The notes under the pieces: generated by a model
Databases searched by the model: none
Told to the model about the DNA's origin: nothing
The model's input: only the letters and a program-made list of their open reading frames with translations
Assembly: GCA_051942245.1 (NCBI GenBank)
Contig: JAVECL010000058.1
Span: 48,059-68,058, forward strand
Source of the DNA: Trypethelium eluteriae
Taxonomy: Eukaryota
Length of the DNA: 20,000 nucleotides
Reading direction: 5' to 3'
Program-made: the position numbers and the translations under genes
Shown: positions 10,936 through 19,320 of the stretch, in pieces
How positions within the stretch are numbered: the first letter of the stretch is position 1
How the letters are laid out: each line of letters opens with the position of its first letter

Positions 10936-11907
10936 ATGGCCGATGGTGATAAGGCCAGTCATTTCATATTTCCGCATGACGAGAATCAATTTACAGTCAA
11001 CTACAACGACGTTCTGGTGGTATCATGGGCGTCCTCTTATGAAGACCCCTACCTTCACTTCTGGGGCTTCATAGACCCGTCTTCCAATGATTGGCAGCTC
11101 TGTATGTAATAGATCAACCATTCGCGGAGCGTTATCTAATAATCTACAGTTCTCAATGCATCCGTCAACCCTACAGGAAGCTATACATGGTCGTTTGCCA
11201 ACAACGTCAGTAGTATAGTTTCTTGGCCACTTGCTGGCCATTTCGACTTGGGTACCAAGGCGCAGACAGGAGTTCCTAACCTACAAGCGGGTAATATCGA
11301 CATTACTTCGACAAATGGGTCACCGACAACGTATACGACCGCTACTTCGACAAGCTCTACATCGAGTAGCTCAACGACTTCTACTCTATCAAGCAATAGT
11401 TCCTCAACAGCCGCACTTCAAAGCGATGGCTTGCCAGCGTCTACTTCGAGTAGCTCTTCTTCGTCTACTGCTCTCAGCAGCAGCTCCTCTGGTACAGCTT
11501 CTTCCAGCACATCCTTAGCATCTGGTCTGTCAAACAGCGTGGTAGGCGGCGCCTCGCCGAGCACGGTGACAGCGGTACAGACTGTGATGGCTTCGCTGAC
11601 CAGCTCCCCCACCCCTCAATCAGGACCTAGCACGGGTACTAAGGCTGGGATCGGCGTCGGAGTGACCGTTGGAGTGCTGCTTGTGATCGCCGCTGGAGCA
11701 TTATTCTTTCGCAGGTACCAAAGAATTCGATCAAGGAGGTTTGCGGGAGGACTCCCGTGGCGGCGCAAGGGGTATCCGCTCACCAACATGGGCCCACCTA
11801 CTGAGATGTCCGGAGAAAATTCAATAAAAGAGTTGCCAGCGGATGGACAAATACGAGAGCTTCCTGCAGAGTCAATTTCTGGCAAGCTTGTCTCTCGATA
11901 TCGGTAA
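10936..11907 (+). CDS. Ser/Thr-rich single-pass membrane protein (Mid2/Wsc-like cell-surface architecture); exons 10936-11101 and 11150-11907
   Basis: Intron 11102-11149 (GTATGT...CTAAT...CAG) joins the 10912 and 11248 ORFs in frame. The protein has a long S/T tract, the TM helix KAGIGVGVTVGVLLVIAAGALFF, a basic stop-transfer RRYQRIRSRR, and a cytoplasmic tail with repeated ELPA motifs. The start codon is uncertain. Confidence 0.8.
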
Positions 11908-12298
11908 AAGTGGGCGTAGTGACGATTGGTGAAAATAACGACAGGAAACGAGGTGTTTTGCAATGTAGGACTATTATATGAAGCAGCTTGCAAAGGATTT
12001 GACAAGCTCAAATGATAACAATAATGTACTCATGTTCATGAACGCAATCTTTCGTCTTACCATCTGTGAACAATATTCAGTGTCTCAACAGATGCCGTGA
12101 TACCCTGTGAGATGAGGAAATGAGATGGTACGGGCGTGGGCGGACAGCAGTCTTTGGGCTATTCCAGGTCCAGCTCCAGCCACATTTACACCGCCACGTG
12201 GTGCTCGATGACATCGCATCAACTTCCCATGTTTCAACCCATCTCCCAGATAGTCTTCCCTTCCTTAGACACCACCCTCCTTGTCGATTCCCATAACT

Positions 12299-12732
12299 AT
12301 GCCGGCTCTTCGCAGCTCCGGAAACTTGTCTGACGGCCCGCGACCAGCATCCTCGCACTCTCGAAACTCATTGAGCCCGCTCGCACAAGAGATCGCCGCA
12401 CGAGACATACATCCTTCTCATCTCCTTATCCTCATAGCCAAGGACCGGGAAGGCAGTGAAGTCTTCTTTCGAACACCTAGGACAACCATGTTGAGGAAGC
12501 TGATGAACTCATATATGGAGAAAAAAGGGCTCAATGACTTGGTCTTCTACTACGGGGATCGGAGGTTATCGTTTGAACATACACCCCAAAGTGTGCGTAT
12601 GATATATCTCTTTCGAGGCGTTGACTCTTTTCAACAATAGACTAATCTCCTCAATTGCAGATAGGTATGAAAGATGGGGATGTGATTACTGTCTTTGATC
12701 CACATTGTCGCCGCCGCTGGAAGAGTAGATGA
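12299..12732 (+). CDS. SUMO-like protein A (121 aa), lacking the C-terminal di-glycine; exons 12299-12592 and 12661-12732
   Basis: The spliced sequence is ...HLLILIAKDREGSEVFFRTPRTTMLRKLMNSYMEKKGLNDLVFYYGDRRLSFEHTPQS|IGMKDGDVITVFDPHCRRRWKSR*. It matches SUMO/Smt3 hallmarks (SEVFFKIK, LRKLM, TPxxLxMEDGD). Intron 12593-12660 reads GTGCGT...ACTAAT...CAG. Confidence 0.85.
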
Positions 12733-13435
12733 AGTTTTCGGTATACCTTAAAGGTCCACATTGTAACGTCTTGGCGGAGTTCCTACGAACTATGTGAAGC
12801 TTTGATATGGCCTCTGCATCGAACGCAGCCAGTGTCCAGCGTCTCTCTGATAGCGCGGTCGGGGAATGTCTTCATGAACCAAACATCATTAAGCGGCAAT
12901 AGCCTTCCTTCCCGAGGCCTTTCCGGCAAAGAATATCTGCTATCATACGACAGAGCATCACATCCATCGCAGGTCAAGGAAAGAAAAACATTATTGCTAT
13001 GGGGACCTTGCCAGAAAGGTCATATTGGAGATCAACCTTGTGACAAGACAATCTCTTCCGATCTTTCCTCACTTCTACGGCTTAACTTGATAGACCGAAT
13101 ATCGTACGGCTCCACTTCACTCCACCTGACGTCGGGTTCGCCTTTCACTTACGATCTAGCAAACCTGGCTCCTCTTTCTGCATACTGTTTTGCATCCGTC
13201 TCTCGACCTCGGACAGCTATATTACGCCAAGCCATCAGGATCGATTCTTTAGATCTTCTGACGCCAATTCAGATGCTCTAAGTTTCTACTACTATAGACA
13301 TCCCTCAGGATCGAATGCTACCTACAAATACAAAGGTTGGACTGGTTACTTCAACCGCTCGTCCCTTAACGTCCTGTCGACTGCCGCTTCAGAGACGATC
13401 TTACATTTAGCGCGAATTCGACCTCATCGTCACTC

Positions 13436-13925
13436 ATGCCTTACCGCATAATGGGTACCCACAACAACATGGCCGCAATTGCCCCAAGCATTGAGTGCGT
13501 CCGCGAGAAAGGCAATGTCCCGAATGAAATTTCCCGGGAGGATATGGTCGTCTTCGATGAGCCTGACGGGCATGGTTCGGACGCACTCAACGTGCTGCGT
13601 ACTACTCACACGCCTTGCTCTTGGTGCTCTCACGCCAGACAGCGCATCACGGTGAAGGTGAAGAACAATGATCATTACGAAGTCCATTATCGGATTGGCC
13701 GTGATGAACCGATGGTGGAGCTGATGAAGCGCTACAAGGCACGTACCGGACTGGAGGATCTTCGATTTTCAGTCGACGAAGAGCGACTTACGGACGACGC
13801 TACGGCTGATTCTGTAAGCCCCCCTCATCTGGGATTTTGCATACCTTCAGGTACTGACCCATTGTTAGCTCTATCTGGAGGACGGCGATATCATCGATGT
13901 CTTCACCGGAAGTTATGGCGGATAA
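13436..13925 (+). CDS. SUMO-like protein B (up to 144 aa) ending in an exposed Gly-Gly; exons 13436-13813 and 13869-13925
   Basis: The spliced sequence is ...RITVKVKNNDHYEVHYRIGRDEPMVELMKRYKARTGLEDLRFSVDEERLTDDATADS|LYLEDGDIIDVFTGSYGG*. Intron 13814-13868 reads GTAAGC...ACTGAC...TAG. The start could be one of several in-frame ATGs. Confidence 0.87.
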
Positions 13926-14573
13926 AGACGTGGAGTAGAGGATGAGCGGCCATGCAGCAGGATGTTCTTTCTTTGGGAACTTGGTGATAGCAGGATTTGC
14001 TGCCGAACTGAACGGCTGCTCGTAGAGATGTCTATGGGGTTTGCCTTCTCACTTACCCAACTACAGATCATATGGTCTTTCACCAGGTAGCTAGACCTTT
14101 GCCTACTAAGTTCAGAATGATTGTTCTACACAATCCCCCGAACTAGACGGTCAATCCTCTGGTGTCATGTAGGAAATCTCCGCTCACTTCGCTGTCCATT
14201 CTCGACCACCATATTGAGCTCAATGACGTCTACTCCGCATTCATGTGGCACATCCTCGTCTGGTTGCCATCACCTTCTCCTGTGTACCTCAACTTTCTAA
14301 ATACTTCGTGTTTCTGCCTTCGGCACCCATTGTCTTTCTTTCGTCGCTCTTGTCTCCATCTACTTAGGAACAAACCTGGCGCTCAGAGAGTCGAACATAC
14401 AAAGCTCTCGGCCTCCCTTTCGCTGATTTTTTAGACAAGTCTCGCCCTTTCGAGTTCACACACTCTCGCATCACATGACAGCGTCCTGTTGTTTTGCGTA
14501 AGTCTTCCAAAGAGGCCGGCCTAGACCCACCCACTACCACTAACACTGTAACATCACAGAACATAGAAACTAG

Positions 14574-15158
14574 ATGGCGCCCCGTATTAAGTGGAAGGGA
14601 CCGAAGAGGGCACTCCGTCTGAAGCAAGATCCCGACGCAGCGGATGATCCTAACGACCCTACCTACAATCCAAAAGCGAAGCAACCATCAAAGATTTTGA
14701 GCCGCAGTAGCCGAGTGTCCAAAAAATCTCAACGAACTCAGACGCCTCGCCGAGCTCGAAGTCCTCGGATCAAGCGCGAGGCTGGAAGCCCGAGCCCAAC
14801 AGATGGAGGAAACCCTGGAGCGAAGCGAGGCAACCGTCGGAAGGTGAAGGAGGCTGGCGATATTCAAGTCACCGTCCAAGAAAATGCTACCGAATATCGG
14901 CTTATCTTATACGTAAAGCGTACAGACCCAGTGGGAGAAGTAATGGCGCTTTGGAGAGAGAAATGGCCCGGTCTGTCGGAGCCCCGTTTCTTCCTCGGAG
15001 ACGAGAGACTTCTGGATACTAACGCCACTTATACGGAGGCAAGTCACTCACTGTTCGTCATTTGGGTTAGCCACTAATGCTTGGAGTAGCTCGAAGTGGA
15101 AGACGGTGAAGTGATTCGTGTCTTCTATGAGGTGACGGGCGGGGGATGCATCGGCTGA
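14574..15158 (+). CDS. SUMO-like protein C (177 aa) with a basic disordered N-terminus and GG plus short propeptide; exons 14574-15038 and 15090-15158 (GC-AG intron)
   Basis: The spliced sequence is ...IQVTVQENATEYRLILYVKRTDPVGEVMALWREKWPGLSEPRFFLGDERLLDTNATYTE|LEVEDGEVIRVFYEVTGG-GCIG*. Intron 15039-15089 reads GCAAGT...ACTAAT...TAG, at the same codon position and phase as in genes A and B. Confidence 0.82.
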
Positions 15159-15837
15159 CTGAGAGGTGGAGATCATCGCCGCGAATGGACGGGAGCAGGC
15201 CAAGGTCAGCAGCTAGCGCTTTGTATTTTGGCTCTCTGAAGAACGGAAGATGCTGAACGCCCACGATTAGGTGTTAATCGTTTGGGAGGAAGAGAGGGTA
15301 GCGCATGTCTTTGAAGCTATGCCCTGCAAGAGGAGGGATATTCTGCCCCTCTCGCTTGCCAAATCGCGGACAGCGATACTTTCACGAACTTGGCTTGTGA
15401 ATTGGGGACTCACTGCCTGATGCCTCGTATCTTTTCGTTTCTGGCGCGTCTTAATCACTTGTTCATCGAGGTCTTAGCTCGTCACCCTCATTGGTCGTAA
15501 TTTCCTTTCATCAGTATTTACACTAAATGGCTGAAATATAGAATTCCGCTGTAAATCATTGCTACACATATGACACCTATCTGAACAATATCAGTCTTCA
15601 GCCGTATCTCACTTTTTCTGACAGCAGGTATCACTATGTACTTTCACTTGGACTTGGACCTACCAATCGTGGACACGTCTCGTGAGCACTCCACTGCTGC
15701 AATACTACATCTCGTCGTAATACGCCGAGAAGGTCATCTGGTGCGACGTGATGCCCTTTTATACTTATGGTGAGTTCTCGCAAAGATGTTCCAAGATTGA
15801 AATTCACTTCTCATGTCAAAAACAGCGTTAAATTCGC

Positions 15838-16180
15838 CCAACAAAACCAGAAGTGCAGGGTCCAAGTAGGAAATTAAAAGCAAACGATAGACAAGCTAGG
15901 AGCGCAAATAGAGGTCTCCTATCCCATACAAAGCCGTTTCCATACACAACAAACAAGACACTGAAATCTCCACTGCGAGAAGCTTTGATAGGAACGATTG
16001 ATCGACTGTCTCCACAAATTAACTAGTAATAAAGGAACTAATAGGATGCCATAACCGAGTATGAAGTCGTCATATACATGGACCACGGAGAAAAACTTGA
16101 AGTTTTTGACCAGTTCAAGAATGATCAAGGAGGAGAAAGAAATATCTGCATTTCAAATGGACTACAAAGATCTTGAATAA
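15838..16180 (+). pseudogene. Possible degenerate remnant of a fourth SUMO-like copy resembling gene C
   Basis: One reading frame gives PTKPEVQGPSRKLK (compare gene C RIKWKGPKRALR), then a cluster of in-frame stops at 16024-16044, then DAITEYEVVIYMDHGEKLEVFDQFK (compare NATEYRLILYVKRTDPVGEVMALWR). The similarity is weak and judged by eye. Confidence 0.22.
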
Positions 16181-16890
16181 TTTCAGTGTCTTTGAGTTCT
16201 GACTCAACATGACAGATCTTAATAATGACTATCAAAAACTAACTATTAGCAACCAGCCGTAGTCACGTAAGCATCTTCAAAGTAAATCTACTACATATGG
16301 TTCAATTGTTGAGGAAAGTGCCTCCCCGAGAACCCAGGCAAAGCTGCGCGCCATGGGTCACTATTGCCTTATTTATACTAGTGTATGTAGCCACTGTTAT
16401 CTGCACCTTACAGATAGAACTTGACATAATCTACACAAATTCAACTCGTTAGGCCTAAGAATACATATTGACATTTCATTTTATGCAATAAGCCGCTGAG
16501 CCGAAGCACGACGTACTTAAGGGTATTAGCAGTGATTTGGAAGGTGGTGACTACATGACCGGTGCAGGTCCAATGGCTAGTGTGAATAATCACGAATATT
16601 CTGACTTGCGCTGATTCCAAAGGACAGAGCAATGAAGTTGTTCCTAGGGGAACCTTTTTCGGTATCCCAAACAATACTCGGCGCTAGCCATGGGATGCAC
16701 CTTGACGGTGGAAACACTCACTAAACGGTGCTCATTCACACACAGCATCCTTGAAAGTCACAGCCAAGAGCCACCACAGCCTCATTCAAATTTAAATACA
16801 ATCACTGTTACGAAACTCCCATAAACAACCACAGCACTTGATCTGCTTACACTCCTTTGGCTGATAGCCTCTGCAACGGCGAGCTCAAAG

Positions 16891-19320
16891 ATGGACTTGC
16901 GCTCAGCGGAGAGAAGGCTTGAATACATTCTTGAGCAGAATTCGAGAATCCCCGAAAGATTCCGTACACAGGTGCAGAACATTCAGGATCGACGCTTAGC
17001 CCGAAGACTCGCAAGCGAGGAGAACCCTGACTTCGACGTTGGTGCTGAGGTGGCAGACGACATAGCTTTGGCGAACCTATGTCGCCAAGTAGGAATCGAT
17101 GTCAACATGGACAAGCTATCTGCAGAGGCGACAGAGCACAATCGTTCAAAGACAAAGGGCGTCGAGTGTATCGTCTGTGTATCCAAAATCTCGGTCTCAG
17201 ATGCGGTGCTACTGCCATGCTCGCACGTTTACTGCCGGCTCTGCATCTCTCACCACTTCGCCCTCGCCTGCAAGAACGAATCCTCATTTCCACCACGCTG
17301 CTGTAACCGCGAAGTTCCCCTCCTCCGCGTCCAGCATTTTCTGCCAGCGGATGTCGTCCGAAAGTTTAAAGAAAAGGCTGTCGAATATAGGACTCCCGGA
17401 GCTATCCGAACCTATTGCGCAAATCTCCGATGCTCGACCTTCATCGATCCTGTACTGTACTCCAGACTTGGAGATAACTTGGCAAAGTGCCCCAAATGCT
17501 CCACTCTCACTTGCACCCGTTGCAAATCTGAAAAACATGATGGCGAATGTCGCAAGGATTCTGAGTTCCAAGACGTTCTGAATCTTGCCGAGAAGAAGAA
17601 GTGGCGGCGCTGCAATAACTGCGGGCGGTTAGTCGAGTTAGCACAAGGATGTAACCACATCGTCTGTCATTGCGGCGCTCAATTTTGTTACGAGTGTGGC
17701 GCAAAATGGCATACTTGCCAATGCGCCGGGTTTCAAGCCGGAAATTGGGTAGCACAAGTCCGCGCTGGGAATATCAACACCGGGAACCCATGGCCGTTTG
17801 TACCGCCACGGTATACTAACCAGCTGCAGGGTTTAGAGCCAGAGCAGAGAGAGCAACTAGAGCGACTTAGGGGGAGGCTCCAACCTGAACTGCAAAATCA
17901 TGATTCAAGCGCGCATCCGCGTAGTGGGCTACCTCCCGTTGGAAATACCATAAACTGGAGAGAGGGCTCTGCTGCCGACCGACATGGCGCAATCCCACCC
18001 GCAGAGCAAGTAGAATATGCACAAGGATATGAATTTCTTAATGACGATTACAGAGCACTCCTGGCTGATCTTGTTAATCTATCGGCCCAGCTTCGAACGC
18101 CGGTTCCATCGAATGAGATCCCACCACCGCCTCCAGAGTTCACAAGAAATAGACACGAGAATGAATTTCAAACTCGTGACTCCGGCCGACCTACTCGCAA
18201 TCCACAACCATTTACATCCAGCAATTTGGAAGATCTTAAGCGGAGCAGACAGGCCTTTGGATCCTTACGAGAAGATACGTCCAGGCGTTTTCTGCACGAA
18301 ACTCCATCGCCGCCACCACTACCACCTCCCCATCCAGGCCTTAGAAGAGTTCGACGGGAAGATGAATCTCACCAGGATGTCTTCCCCCGACTTCAACAAT
18401 TCGACGAAAGACGAGGTTGGGGAACACGAGCGGCTGGGGAGCCCGCGGGATTTCATCAACCATGGCATCCGAACCCGGGAGAGCCATCTCGCAATGCATC
18501 TCCAGGCATGGCGGATACAGCGGGACCACCAGATATCTTCCAAAGATTTCCTATGCCGCCAGCCCAAGGCCTACCGTCGACGGAGATTGGCGCCGCGCCC
18601 AATAATCAACCGTACTTTCCCGGATTCTTTAGTCCTACACGCGAGAACGAAAGCGGATATGTGAGTGGCCGAAGCAACCAGCAAAATGTAGGCCAAGGCC
18701 ATATCCATCCGTGGCAAATGCAGTGGGGACCCCTAGGCTCGCAAACCGTCTATCACCACGGGCTAAGGGACAACGCTGCCCAGCCAGCTGCCGAACACAA
18801 TCTACCACCACCACAGCCGCGAGACCTGCCTTTCGCACCCCAGCATGACGCCAGGTGGCCTCAGAACAATCCGCTCTCCCTGCAGACGCGGCTGACGCCC
18901 CAACAACAGCAAAGGTTGGCACGGTCGGAACGGTTGAGACGGTTGCCTCCAGCGGCGTACGATGCAATCAGCCCACTGTTCAGACCAGCCAGAGTGACCA
19001 GCGAGGCCTCACCTGCGCTATTGCCGTTGAGTTCTGCAGCTGTGAACAGCATGTCTGCGAGCTCTACGCAGAACAGAGCCCAGCGCACAATGCCTCCGTC
19101 AGCGTGGTTGGGTTACCCGGAAATCCGCAGTGAAGAGCAGGCGCGCCAAGAAGAGGTGTCCACTGAGGGAGAAGAAATAGGAGAAGAGGGAGAAGAGGAA
19201 GAAGAAGACGAAGAAGGAAATGACGATGATGATGATGTTGAAGAAGAAGAAGATGATGATGATGATGTCGAAATGACCGGGGCAAATGAGGGTGAGCTCA
19301 GGTGGCTGCAAGACGAGTGA
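16891..19320 (+). CDS. RBR-type (RING1-IBR-RING2) E3 ubiquitin ligase, 809 aa, with a long Pro/Gln-rich disordered region and an acidic C-terminal tail
   Basis: RING1 is CIVC...LPCSHVYCRLC...FPPRCC (from 17167). IBR is YCANLRC...CPKC...CTRCKSEKHDGEC. RING2 is RRCNNC...AQGCNHIVCHCGAQFCYECGAKWHTCQC, with the catalytic Cys of GCNH at 17650-17652 (C254). Confidence 0.93.
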   Translation: MDLRSAERRLEYILEQNSRIPERFRTQVQNIQDRRLARRLASEENPDFDVGAEVADDIALANLCRQVGIDVNMDKLSAEATEHNRSKTKGVECIVCVSKISVSDAVLLPCSHVYCRLCISHHFALACKNESSFPPRCCNREVPLLRVQHFLPADVVRKFKEKAVEYRTPGAIRTYCANLRCSTFIDPVLYSRLGDNLAKCPKCSTLTCTRCKSEKHDGECRKDSEFQDVLNLAEKKKWRRCNNCGRLVELAQGCNHIVCHCGAQFCYECGAKWHTCQCAGFQAGNWVAQVRAGNINTGNPWPFVPPRYTNQLQGLEPEQREQLERLRGRLQPELQNHDSSAHPRSGLPPVGNTINWREGSAADRHGAIPPAEQVEYAQGYEFLNDDYRALLADLVNLSAQLRTPVPSNEIPPPPPEFTRNRHENEFQTRDSGRPTRNPQPFTSSNLEDLKRSRQAFGSLREDTSRRFLHETPSPPPLPPPHPGLRRVRREDESHQDVFPRLQQFDERRGWGTRAAGEPAGFHQPWHPNPGEPSRNASPGMADTAGPPDIFQRFPMPPAQGLPSTEIGAAPNNQPYFPGFFSPTRENESGYVSGRSNQQNVGQGHIHPWQMQWGPLGSQTVYHHGLRDNAAQPAAEHNLPPPQPRDLPFAPQHDARWPQNNPLSLQTRLTPQQQQRLARSERLRRLPPAAYDAISPLFRPARVTSEASPALLPLSSAAVNSMSASSTQNRAQRTMPPSAWLGYPEIRSEEQARQEEVSTEGEEIGEEGEEEEEDEEGNDDDDDVEEEEDDDDDVEMTGANEGELRWLQDE
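19165..19272 (+). repeat. Coding GAA/GAG/GAT low-complexity trinucleotide tract encoding a poly-Glu/Asp tail
   Basis: gaagaggaagaagaagacgaagaagg...gatgatgatgat...gaagaagaagaagatgatgatgatgat encodes EEGEEEEEDEEGNDDDDDVEEEEDDDDDVE. Confidence 0.85.

Noticed and set aside
12802..13281. 159-aa ORF between SUMO-like genes A and B
   Set aside because: It starts at TTG and shows no recognisable domain or SUMO-like motif, so it is probably intergenic or UTR sequence.
13814..13945. Unspliced C-terminus of the 13436..13945 ORF (VSPPHLGFC...)
   Set aside because: It is read-through of a clear GTAAGC...TAG intron. The spliced form restores the SUMO C-terminus ending in GG.
15144..15158. C-terminal GCIG of paralog C as a CaaX prenylation motif (MUB-like membrane-anchored Ubl)
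   Set aside because: The Cys is third from the end rather than fourth, so it does not fit CaaX. A propeptide after GG is the simpler reading.
12299..15158. One multi-exon Rad60/Esc2-like or poly-SUMO gene instead of three genes
   Set aside because: Each unit has its own ATG, its own stop after the second exon, and 650-700 bp spacers. Two units end in or near GG, unlike Rad60/Esc2.
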